64,000 bases of DNA from an uncultured Acidobacteriota bacterium (GTDB lineage Bacteria; Acidobacteriota; Vicinamibacteria; Vicinamibacterales; JAKQTR01). This document shows positions 54,398 through 64,000 of this stretch, piece by piece. The position numbers and the translations under genes are program-made. The notes beneath the pieces are model-generated. The model ran no database searches. It saw only the letters and a list, made by a program, of their open reading frames with translations, and was not told the origin of the DNA. The stretch's first letter is position 1. Every line of letters starts with the position of its first letter. Location: positions 35,332-99,331 of the forward strand of contig CAWICP010000011.1 in the NCBI GenBank assembly GCA_963834645.1, in the 5' to 3' direction.

Positions 54398-54579
54398 CGG
54401 CGCTCCGTCCTGGAACCGATGTCAGCCCTTTCGAGACAATACGTCCGCCGCATGCGCGTCCGTTTACCCGCCGGCAGCCGGGCGCGCGGCGATCGTGCTG
54501 TTCTGCATGTCCCTCCCGCGAGGATAGCACGCCGCCGTGCGGGGCCGGGATTGCGGGTACAATCGCAGTCAGGGTTGCC

Positions 54580-57182
54580 ATGTCACTGTGGACGTCGAAA
54601 GCTGCCGCCTGGCCCGCGTGCCGCAGACGCATGCCCTCGGCTGCCGCCTCGTTGCTGGCCGCCGTGCTGATGGCGACCGCGCCGGGCGTGTCGGAAGGCC
54701 GGCAGGCCGCCGCGCGGCTCAGGCCCAGGCTGCGGCGGAATCGGCGTTCCTGCGGGCGTCGGCGCAGGCGATCGCCCACGGCAAGCGCGACCAGGCCGAG
54801 GCACTGGCCCGCGCGCGCGGCGATCGCGACGACGCCGGGGCCGCCGTGCGCGCACGGCTGGCCGCCGATCGCGGCGAATTCGACGCGGCCGCCACACTCG
54901 CGGCGCCGGCGAGCGCCGCGGCCCCCACCGGCGAGGCGGCGCTCGAGTGGGGGCTCATCCTCTTCCAGCAGGGCAAGAAGGCCGAGGCGCGGCGCGTGCT
55001 GGCGCCCGTCGCCGCCGGCTCCCGCAGCGTGACGACGGCCGATGGCCTGCTCCGCGTGGCACGCGCCGCGCGGGCGCTGGGCCAGGTGCGCACCGCGAAC
55101 GCACTGTTCCGTGAGACGGTCGCTGCCGCCGCCAAGGACCCGACGCTCCTCGCGGCCGCGAACTCCGCGTGGGGCGAGTTGTTCCTCGACACCCACGACC
55201 CGGCCAACGCCGTGGCCTCGTTCCGCGCCGCCCTCGCCGCCGACGGCGAGTGGGCCCCGGCTCACGCCGGGCTCGCGAGGGCCCTGGCCAACGAGAATCC
55301 GCCCGCCGCGGCGGCGGCCGCCCGCCGGGCGATCGAGATCGATCCGGCGCTTGTCGACGCGCACCTCTTCCTCGCGTCCGCGGCCCTCGACGCCGACAAG
55401 AAGGCCGAGGCGCAGGGGCACCTGACGCGCGCCCTCGCCGTCAATCCGAACAGCACCGAGGCGCACGCGCTCGCCGCAGCCATCGCCTACGTCGACGGCC
55501 GCACGGCCGACCACGACGCCGCTGTGGCGAAGGCCCTGGCCGTCAACCCGGTCTACGGCGACCTCTACCGCATCGTCGCCGGCCATGCCGCCAACAACTA
55601 TCGCTACGACGACGCCGTGGCTGATGGCAAGGAAGGGCGTGGCGCTCGAGCCCGACAACCCGCGGACGCAGGCGGCGCTTGGGCTGCACCTGTTGCGCGT
55701 CGGCGACGAACGCGGCGCGCGACGGGCGCTCGAAACGGCGTTCCGCGCGGATGCCTACGACGTCGTCACGTACAACCTGCTGCAGATGCTGGATTCGCTC
55801 GACACGTTCGACGCTCGATCGAGGCCGGGCCCGTCATCGTCAAGCTGCATCCGAACGAGGCGCCGGCGCTGCGGCATTACGCCGTGCCGATGGTGAAAGA
55901 CGCCATGGCGCAGATGGCGGCGCGCTACGGCTTCGAGCCGCAGGGCCCGATCCTCGTCGAGATCTTCCCCAAGCACGACGACTTCGCCGTCCGCACGCTC
56001 GGCCTCCCGGGCCTGCTCGGCGCGCTCGGCGCCTGTTTCGGCCGGGTGGTCACCCTCGATTCGCCGCGCGCGAGGCCTCCCGGGTCGTTCAACTGGCAGG
56101 CCACGCTCTGGCACGAGATGGCCCACGTGTTCACGATGCAGTTGTCGAAGTACCGGGTGCCGCGCTGGCTCACCGAGGGCATCTCCGTCTACGAAGAGGG
56201 CCTGAGGCGGCCCGAGTGGGCCCGCGACTCGGAACTGGCCTTCGCGAGGGCCTGGGCCGACAAGAAGGTGCTCCCGCTCGCGGAGCTCAACTCCGGATTC
56301 ACGCGCCCCGACACGATCGAACTCGCGTACTTCCAGGCGTCGCTGGTCGTGTCGCTCATCGCGGCGCGGCACGGGCACCCGGCGCTCACACTGATGCTGC
56401 GCGCGTACGGCGACGGCGCGGACACCGAAGCCGCGCTCCGCAAGGCAACCGGCCGGGGCGTCGCCGACCTGCAGCGCGATTTCGACGCGATGCTCGCGGA
56501 ACGCTACACCGCCGTCGGCAAGGCGCTGCAGGCACCGGAGGGTCTCGACGTGCCGCGCGGCGCCGACATCGCGGCCGTGAAGGCGCTCGCCGCGAAGCAC
56601 GCCGGCAGCTATCCCGTCCAGATGGCGGCCGGCCAGGCCCTCTCGGCCGCCGGCGCCCGCGACGAGGCCATCGCCGCCTTCGAGCGCGCGGCCGCGCTCG
56701 TGCCGTCGGCCGTCGGTCCGGCGAGCCCGCGGGCGCAGATCGCGAGCCTCGCCGAGCGGGCGGGCGACTTCCCGCGCGCCTTGCGCGAGTTGAAGGCGCT
56801 GGTCGGCGACGACCACACGAACATCGACGCCGCGCGGCGGCTCGTGCCGCTGGCCAGGCGTCTCGGCGATCAGGCGGCCCTCGCCCTGGCCTACGATCGC
56901 ATCGTCACGCTCGACCCGTTCGATTCCGCCACCCACTCGGCGTATGGCCGCCTTGCCGTGGAGAGGCGCGACATGGTCCTTGCCGCCAGGGAGTTCAGGG
57001 CCGCCGTCGATGCCGGACCGGTGGACCCGGTCCCGGCCCAGTGCGACCTCGCGGATGTGCTGCTCGCCTCGGGCGACCGCGCCGGCGCCAGGCAGGCGGT
57101 CCTCACCGCCCTCGAGGCCGCCCCGACCTACGAGCGCGCGCAGCAGATCCTGCTCCGCATCGTCGGGGGCAAACAGGAGTGA
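54580..57182 (+). CDS. TPR protein with MA-clan zinc peptidase domain (frameshifts; start approximate)
   Basis: TPR arrays on both sides of WHEMAHV..PRWLTEGISVYEE. Confidence 0.82.
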
Positions 57183-57195
57183 GGCCGTTCACCAG

Positions 57196-57750
57196 ATGAC
57201 CAACCCCACGGGCGCGGCCAACCAGGCGGTCTACGACGAGCTGTTCCCGCTCGTGTACGCCGAGCTCAGGCGGATCGCCGCGCGCGAGATGCGGCGCGAG
57301 AAGCCGGGCCGCACGCTGCAGACCACGGCGCTCGTGCACGAGGCGTACCTGCGGCTGCTCAAGGACGCCTCGCTCTCGTTCGAGAACCGCGCCCACTTCC
57401 TGGGCGTGGCCGCCCGCGCCATGCGCGAGATCCTGATCGAGCACGCGCGCGCGCGTTCCGCGCGGAAGCGCGGGGGCGGGGCCGTGCGGCTCACCCTCGA
57501 CGATCTCGTGGCGCCCGTCTCGTCGCCCTCCATCGACGTCCTGGCGCTCGACGAAGCGCTTCAGCGCCTCGCCCGCCTCGACGAGCGCCACGCGCGTGTG
57601 GTCGAGCTTCGCTATTTCGGCGGGCTCTCGGTCGAAGAGACGGCGGCCGCGCTGGAATTGTCGCCGGCCACGGTCAAGCGCGACTGGACGCTCGCGCGCG
57701 CCTGGCTGTTCCGCGAGCTGGCAGGCACCGGATCCGCTTCGGACTCCTGA
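57196..57750 (+). CDS. ECF sigma factor of the Ser/Thr-kinase-associated type
   Basis: LFPLVYAELRRIA, TLQTTALVHEAYLRL, AMREILIEHAR, VVELRYFGGL, TVKRDW..ARAWL. Confidence 0.93.
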   Translation: MTNPTGAANQAVYDELFPLVYAELRRIAAREMRREKPGRTLQTTALVHEAYLRLLKDASLSFENRAHFLGVAARAMREILIEHARARSARKRGGGAVRLTLDDLVAPVSSPSIDVLALDEALQRLARLDERHARVVELRYFGGLSVEETAAALELSPATVKRDWTLARAWLFRELAGTGSASDS

Positions 57751-57763
57751 GCATGGCTGGCCG

Positions 57764-59479
57764 ATGACTGACGGCACTGATCGCTGGCCGCGTGTCGCGG
57801 CGCTGTTCCACGAGGCGCGGCAGCGCCGAGGCGCGGAACGCACCGCGTTTCTCGACGAGGCGTGCGGAGACGACCGCGAGCTGAGGGCCGAGGTTGACGC
57901 GCTGCTCGGCGCGGACGACGGGGCCGGTGGGTTTCTCGCCCATGCCGGGCACGATGTGGCCTCGCTCCTGCTCGACGAGGCAGGGGTGGCCATGCCGGCC
58001 GGGGCGATGCTCGGCCCCTACCGGATCGAGCGACCGCTCGGACGAGGCGGAATGGGCGTCGTGTACCTCGCCGAAGACACCAGGCTCGCCCGGCTCGTGA
58101 CGCTGAAGGTCCTCCACCCCCACGACACGGCCGACGAGAAGCGGCGCGAGCGGCTCAGGGTCGAGGCCCGGGCCGCTGCCGCGCTCGTGCACCCGAATAT
58201 CGTCGCGGTGCACGCCCTCGAGGAAGTCGAGGGTCAGCTGTTCATCGTCTCCGACTACGTGCCGGGGCGCACCGCCAGGGAGCGGCTCGACGCCGGAGGG
58301 CCGCTGCCTGTCGAGGAGGCGATCGACGTCGCGCGGCAGGTGGCGGAGGGCCTCGACGCGGCGCACCGGCAGGGGATCATTCATCGCGACCTGAAGCCGG
58401 AGAACATCCTTGTCGCTGACAACCGTGCCACGCGAATCCTCGACTTCGGGATCGCCCGCACGATGACCGCAGGGCCGGAGCGCCAGCGTCTGACGGCGAC
58501 GGGTGCGCTGGTCGGCACGCCGGGCTACATGGCGCCCGAGCAGCTGGAAGGCGCTCCGGGCGATGTCCGAAGCGACCTGTTCGCGCTCGGCACGGTCCTC
58601 TACGAACTGGTGAGCGGAACGAACCCGTTCCAGGGAAAGACGTCGTCGACGACGGCGGCGCGCATCCTGACGCTGGACCCGGCGCCGCTCAGCACGCTGA
58701 ATCCCCTGTTTCCGCCGGCGCTCGACGCCATCGTGGCGAGGTGCCTCAGGAAGAACGCGGCCGAGCGTTACGCGAGCGCCGCGGAGGTTGCCGCGGACCT
58801 GGACTCGCTGGCTCAGGCGATGAAGGCCGGCATGATCCCGGCCGCGCCGGGTCAGCGCGAGCCGCGGGCCGATCGCCCGGCGCGGGCGCTCTGGCGCATC
58901 CACCAGGGCGTGCTGGTGGCTCTGCTCTCCGTGATCGCCATCGGGAGCTGGTGGCTCGCGGCGTGGGTGGGTCAGCCGCTGCGTTACACGCTGTTCGCGG
59001 CCGTCCTGGCGCTCTCCGTCGCCGACGGCACCATGCGAGTGCACCTGCTGTTTGTCGAGCGGCACACGCCTGCCGCGATGCTCCGGCAGCTTGCGCGCAC
59101 GCGCCTGTGGCTCATGCGCCTGGACCTGGTCATCGCGTTCATCGTGACCGTCGCGGCCTCGCGCGTCGTCGGCGAGCACCAGGCCGCCGGGACGTTTCTG
59201 CTGGCGGTGAGCGTCGGCATGGCCGTGGCGGCGTGGGTGATCGAGCCGGCCACCACGGAAGCCGCGTTTCCCGACTTGTCTCACGCCGGGCTGAAGCTCG
59301 GCCTCCCGCCTCACGGAGAAACGGTGAGCACTCCGCTTCGCGAGCCGGAAGTGTCACCTCGCTCGCTCACTTCGTCATCGACGGCGGGGCGGCTTCGGGC
59401 GACGAGGCCCACGCCGTGTTGGGCTCGGCGCCCATGGCGAGGCGGAGCGTGCCGCCGGCCGCGATGTCGGCGTGGCTGA
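57764..59479 (+). CDS. Hanks-type Ser/Thr protein kinase with four C-terminal TM helices (true 3' end probably nearer 59300-59370)
   Basis: LGRGGMGVVY, HPNIV, HRDLKPEN, DFGIA, GTPGYMAPEQ, SDLFALG. Confidence 0.92.
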   Translation: MTDGTDRWPRVAALFHEARQRRGAERTAFLDEACGDDRELRAEVDALLGADDGAGGFLAHAGHDVASLLLDEAGVAMPAGAMLGPYRIERPLGRGGMGVVYLAEDTRLARLVTLKVLHPHDTADEKRRERLRVEARAAAALVHPNIVAVHALEEVEGQLFIVSDYVPGRTARERLDAGGPLPVEEAIDVARQVAEGLDAAHRQGIIHRDLKPENILVADNRATRILDFGIARTMTAGPERQRLTATGALVGTPGYMAPEQLEGAPGDVRSDLFALGTVLYELVSGTNPFQGKTSSTTAARILTLDPAPLSTLNPLFPPALDAIVARCLRKNAAERYASAAEVAADLDSLAQAMKAGMIPAAPGQREPRADRPARALWRIHQGVLVALLSVIAIGSWWLAAWVGQPLRYTLFAAVLALSVADGTMRVHLLFVERHTPAAMLRQLARTRLWLMRLDLVIAFIVTVAASRVVGEHQAAGTFLLAVSVGMAVAAWVIEPATTEAAFPDLSHAGLKLGLPPHGETVSTPLREPEVSPRSLTSSSTAGRLRATRPTPCWARRPWRGGACRRPRCRRG

Positions 59480-61656
59480 TCCAGCAGCGGTCGATCGGCG
59501 TGCCGTTCAGCGTCGCGCCCGTCACGTACTTGTTGATGGGCGACAGGTCCGGGGCCTCGATGGCGAACGTGCGCTGGCCGCCCAGGTCGATCGTCGCCTT
59601 GTCCACGAGCGGCGCGCCGAGCACGTACACGCCCTCGGCGGGGTTCACCGGATAGAACCCCATGGCGCTGAAGAGGTACCAGGCGGAGAGCTGTCCGCCG
59701 TTGTCGTGGCCGCAGAGCCCTTCGGGCCCCGTTCCGTAGAGCGACGACGAGATCTGATGCACGCGGCCCGCGGACTTCCACGGCGCGCCGGCGTAGGCGT
59801 AGAGATAGGCGACGTGATGGCTGGGCGCTCGCCCGTGGGCGTACTGGCCCACGAACCCCGCGAGGTCCGCCGGCACGCTCTCGCCCTCGACGACGGAGGG
59901 CTGCCGGAACAGCTCATCCAGCTTCCGCACGAATGCGTCCGGCCCGCCCAGAAGCGCCATCAGGCCCCGCACATCGTGCATCACCGACCAGGTGTACTGC
60001 CAGGCGTTGCCCTCGGTGTAATCGGGCCGCCCGCGCCGCGACTGGTGCGGTGAGAAGGGCGATGCCCAGGCGCCGTCGGCGAGGCGAGGCCGCATGAATC
60101 CCGTGGCCGGATCGAAGAGGTTGCGGTAGAAGCCGGCGCGCGTTTCGAAAAAGAGGCGGTCGTCCTGCCGCTCGAGCCGTGCCGCCAGCCGCGCGATGCA
60201 CCAGTCGTCGAAGGCGTACTCGAGCGTCTTCGAGACCGATTCCGCCTCCCGGTCGGCGGGGATGTACCCGCGCGTTTCGGGCGGCTTCAGCCACATCAGC
60301 CCGCCCGCGTCCTGCAGCGCGCTCGCTTTCATCGCGTCAAGCGCTTCGCCGCGATTCACCGTCGTCAGGCCCTTGAAGATGGCATCCACGATCACGGGGA
60401 TGGCGTGGTAGCCGATCCCCGCGTCGGTCTCGTTGCCCCAGAGGGGCCAGACGGGCAGCCGGCCGCTCTCGCGGTAGACGGCCATCATGGACTGGACGAG
60501 ATCGTCCACGCGCTCGGCCTGGATGAGCGTCATGAGCGGGTGCAAGGCCCGGAACGTGTTCCAGAGGGCGATACCCCGTGTGGTTCTGGAACGCCGCCGG
60601 CGGCTGCACCTGGCCGTTCGATCCCCGGTAGCTCGCATCGACGTCGTTGTAAGCCGTCGGCGCCAGCAGCGAGTGGTAGAGCGCCGTGTAGAAGACGGTC
60701 TTGCGCGCCTTGTCAGGCGTCTCGATCCTGACCCGCTGCAGCTTGCGCTCCCAGGCCGTCGCCGCCTCTTTCCGATGGCCGTCGAACTCCCACCCTGGCG
60801 TCTCGCGCTCGAGGTTCCGGCGGGCGCCGTCCACGCTCACCGGCGAGATGCCGACTTTCAGGAGGAGCGGCTGGCCCGGCCGCAGCACGAACCGGAACAG
60901 CCCGCGCGCCCGCGTTGCCTGGATCTCGCGCCGCTCATGCGAATAGCCTCCGGGATCGCCGATGAGCCACGTCTGGTACGGCGTCGAGAACCGTGCGACG
61001 AAGAACACGCGCTGGTCTTTCGCCCAGCCGGTCGAAAACCGGTATCCCGAAATCGTCGTCGGGCCCTCGAGCGTGATCCCGGTCTCGACAGGCTCGTCGC
61101 GGTTGACGGCGAAGCCGAGATCGAACGACACGGCGGGCTGGCGGCTGGCTCCCGGCCTGAGGAACGAATAGCGGTGCAGGCCGACGCGGCGGGTGGCGGT
61201 GAGCTCCGCCCGGATGTCGAATGCCCCGAGGTCAACCGAGTAGTAGCCCGGGAAGGCCTTCTCTTTGTCGTGGGAGAACGGCGACGCGACGCTGCCGGGC
61301 ATCTCCGCGCCCGCCTGGGTGGGCGTCACGAGGATGTCGCACAGATCACCGACGCCGCTGCCGCTCAGGTGGGTGTGGCTGAAGCCGGCGATCTCGGTGT
61401 CGGAGTAGTGGTAGCCGGCGCTCCAGTCCGACCCCTGCTTCCCGGAATCAGGACTGAGCTGCACCAAGCCGCCCGGCACGGCCGCGCCAGGGAACGTGTG
61501 CCCGCCGCCGCCGGTGCCGATGAACGGGTCGACGTACCCGACCAGCGGCTCGCCGGCCTGCGCGGGCGACTGCTGCCGCGCCTTCGCGCGGGCCCCGCCG
61601 GCCGCCCACAACCCAACACCGGCCGCACCCTTCAGCACATCCCGCCTGGAAATCAT
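59367..61656 (-). CDS. GH92 alpha-1,2-mannosidase family protein with Tat signal (frameshift near 60575)
   Basis: SRRDVLK, VDPFIGT, TFPGA, FSHTHLSG.G, FYTALYH, VSKTLEYAFDDW, EGNAWQY, GQLSAWY. Confidence 0.93.
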
Positions 61657-61727
61657 TCGACCTCAAGCAGGTACGTTAGCTGAATCGGGGCGATGCGCCA
61701 AGCGTCGGACTGCGGCGAACGCCGGGC

Positions 61728-62861
61728 CTACGCGGACTCTTCTTCGATCCGGGGCACCTCCGGGTGTTCGGTGATGTGGGTGTCTTTTCCGACCGGCGGC
61801 GCCGCGAGGCGCAGCGAGAACCACACCGCGATCGCCAGCACCGCTGCGGCAATCAGGCCGAAGACGCCGAGCATCCGCCACATCTGCGCCCGCGCCGGGG
61901 CGAACAGCTCGTCTTCAGCCTGCGTCACCGCCAGCATCCAGGCCAGGTGGGGATAACTGGATCCCAGCTGGCTCGGCGCGATGCCGACCAGGTACGACCG
62001 GCCGTTCTGGTCGCGCGCGCTGAAATCGATCCGGAACTGCGGGTCGCCGGCCCTGAAGCTCTTCATCCGCTCACGGAACAGGTCGGCCGCGAAGAACATG
62101 GCCTGGCCGCCGACGCCACGCTGGCTGAAGACAATCGACCCGTCCTCACGGATGAGAAACACTTCGCCGGACGTGCTCGATCTCACGCCGCCGGCCACGG
62201 CGAGCAGCTCGCGCGCATCTGCCACGACCTTCAGGACTCCCACGAGCCGCTCGCCGGGCCGTTCAGTGACGGGCACGGTGATTTCGATCGCGTGCGACTT
62301 CGCCGTCTCGTCCCACAGGACGTCGCTGACCGACACGCGACCCCGCGTGCCGTCACCAAAGGCCTCCTTCCACCACGTCTCGTCGCTCTGGATGTAATCC
62401 GATGTCGCGTTGGACGCCGCCACGACGCGCCCGTCGCGGTCCGTGACGAGGATTTCCCGGTAGGCCTGGTCGTTGCTCACGATGTCCCGCAGGAACTGCG
62501 ACGCGGGGGTCTCGAGCAGGCCGAGGCGAGCGGCGGTCTCGCCGGGCTGCGACACCCACAGCGTGTCGATCTCCCGGGCTTTGGCGACATCGAGCGGCGT
62601 CCGGCTGCCCGCCGCGGCGGCGGACTGCACGTCGGGCACCCTCGCCAGGATGCTCACGTCGATGATGCGCCGGAACACGTACGAGTCGACGGTGGCGGCC
62701 GCCTGCTGGGCGGTGTCGGTCAGCTGCAGGCCGAAGGCGTCGCGCAGCTGCGCCTGGCCCGTCCCGAGCACCATGACGGCCGCCAGCGCGTACAGCGGGA
62801 GACTGACGAAGACCAGAACGGTGAAGACCCTGACATTGATGTGAGGCAGATGACGAGCCAC
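61728..62861 (-). CDS. Cache-domain membrane protein with no cytoplasmic output domain
   Basis: SD AGGAGG and GTG; TM, EILVTDRDGRVVA..DY.QSDETWW..VGVLK, second TM, about 25-aa tail. Confidence 0.8.
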   Translation of the reverse strand: MARHLPHINVRVFTVLVFVSLPLYALAAVMVLGTGQAQLRDAFGLQLTDTAQQAAATVDSYVFRRIIDVSILARVPDVQSAAAAGSRTPLDVAKAREIDTLWVSQPGETAARLGLLETPASQFLRDIVSNDQAYREILVTDRDGRVVAASNATSDYIQSDETWWKEAFGDGTRGRVSVSDVLWDETAKSHAIEITVPVTERPGERLVGVLKVVADARELLAVAGGVRSSTSGEVFLIREDGSIVFSQRGVGGQAMFFAADLFRERMKSFRAGDPQFRIDFSARDQNGRSYLVGIAPSQLGSSYPHLAWMLAVTQAEDELFAPARAQMWRMLGVFGLIAAAVLAIAVWFSLRLAAPPVGKDTHITEHPEVPRIEEESA

Positions 62862-63067
62862 GGCGTCCTCCTGGCAGAGATGACAGGCATTCGGAGGCCG
62901 GAACGCACGGGAGTCCAGTATCAATCTCGGCCCGCAGGCCGGGATCTGTCAAGGGGTGGGGGACTCGAATTCGACACGAAGGTCCGCGTACCCGAAGGCC
63001 AGGGCGCGTCCGCAGCCGGGCCGGCGGGGAGTTCGGGTAGAATGCCCCCGGAAGGAGGTCTTCGAAC

Positions 63068-63391
63068 ATGGCGTTCACGTACCACGAACTGAAAGAGAAG
63101 AACATCACCCAGCTTCGTGACATCGCCAAGGACCTGCAGCACGAAGCCGTTCAGGGGTACACGCAGCTCAACAAGGAACACCTGCTCGTGGCGGTCTGCA
63201 CGGCGCTCAGCGTCCCGCTCCACGAGCACCATGACGCCGCCGGCATCGACAAGGCCGCCATCAAGGCGAAGATGCGCGCGCTCAAGAAGGACCGCGAGGC
63301 GGCCGTGGCGGCGGGCGACCCGGAGAAGCTCAAGGCGGTACGCCGAAGCCTGCACGGCCTGAACCGCCAGATCAAGAAACACCTGGTCTAG
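63068..63391 (+). CDS. small basic hypothetical protein (Rho N-terminal-like helix pair plus coiled coil)
   Basis: SD AAGGAGG; ELKEKNITQLRDIAK..YTQLNKEHL. Confidence 0.7.
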   Translation: MAFTYHELKEKNITQLRDIAKDLQHEAVQGYTQLNKEHLLVAVCTALSVPLHEHHDAAGIDKAAIKAKMRALKKDREAAVAAGDPEKLKAVRRSLHGLNRQIKKHLV

Positions 63392-63444
63392 CCGGTGCTC
63401 CTGCCGCCCGAGCGACGCGCCAAATCCGGGCGGGTGCCCGGGCG

Positions 63445-64000
63445 CTACTTCTGCTTGAAGCCGGCGGGGATTTCGACGTCCGCCGCGCCAGCTGAGGCCT
63501 GCACCTCGAGCAGTTCAGTCGTGCTCGTCATGAACGTGGACCGGTTCTTCGGCCCGGCGGCGGCGGGCTGGCCCTCTTTCGGGGCCTCCTCCGCCTTCTT
63601 CTTGCGGCCGAACATCCCGCCGAGGCCGCCCGCGATGCCGCCCAGCCCCACCTTCGGCTGGCCGCCGCCTTCCGCCTGCGCCTTGGCCTGCTCGGGCGAC
63701 GCCACCGTCTCGATCTTCATCGTCGTCAGGACGGCGGTGCCCTCGAGCTTGACGCCTTCCTTCTTCATGCGCTCCATGGCGGCCTTCATCTGCGGGTACA
63801 TCGCCATCGCCTGGGCCATGTCGCGGGCCATCGTCTCGGTGTCGCTGCCGAGGAGCTTCTTCATGTAGCGCTGCGTGAAGGCGGCCTGTTCCTGCATGGC
63901 GGCGATCTTCGGGGCCATCCACATGTCGGTGGTCATCACCATGCCACCGCCCTCTTCCACCTTCTTGCCCTTCGGCCGGACGGTGATCGTCATGACGACC
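63445..64000 (-). CDS. hypothetical secreted-type protein, 5' end outside window
   Basis: Open Met/Lys-rich frame running off the window end, terminating EIPAGFKQK. Confidence 0.65.
   Translation of the reverse strand, partial: VVMTITVRPKGKKVEEGGGMVMTTDMWMAPKIAAMQEQAAFTQRYMKKLLGSDTETMARDMAQAMAMYPQMKAAMERMKKEGVKLEGTAVLTTMKIETVASPEQAKAQAEGGGQPKVGLGGIAGGLGGMFGRKKKAEEAPKEGQPAAAGPKNRSTFMTSTTELLEVQASAGAADVEIPAGFKQK

Noticed and set aside
62925-63060. Possible tRNA or riboswitch in the intergenic region
   Set aside because: No cloverleaf or recognisable aptamer; only a short hairpin and promoter-like hexamers

Overview
A GC-rich bacterial window whose gene content resembles Acidobacteria of the Vicinamibacterales type (inference from gene content, not a database result). 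Many genes are split across reading frames, which most likely reflects indel errors in a long-read assembly, so gene ends are reconstructed by hand. From left to right: a lipid acyltransferase tail, a TPR protein, Mrp/ApbC and a SagB-type nitroreductase. Next is a sigma-54 two-component module with readable enhancer, IHF site and -24/-12 promoter, upstream of a small Gly-rich secreted protein, a beta-barrel and a DUF4405 protein. An S/Se/metal cluster follows: MoCo-sulfurase-like enzyme, three NifB/NifX proteins, Fur, a selenocysteine peroxiredoxin, DUF134, methionine gamma-lyase and a CGGC protein. It adjoins a decaheme cytochrome and an outer-membrane barrel that carries its own CxxCH and an in-frame UGA followed by a SECIS-like hairpin; this candidate selenoprotein porin-cytochrome conduit is the most striking element. 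Further right are a eukaryote-type citrate synthase, two malic enzymes, MscL, a Fur-ferritin fusion with ErpA, an aldehyde dehydrogenase, a toxin-antitoxin and gene-fragment hotspot, a MoxR/DUF58/BatA/DUF4159 cluster, a TPR zinc peptidase, an ECF-Ser/Thr kinase pair, a GH92 and an orphan Cache protein. A family of heptamer-based repeats occurs between genes and inside some. No rRNA, tRNA, CRISPR array or transposase was recognised.
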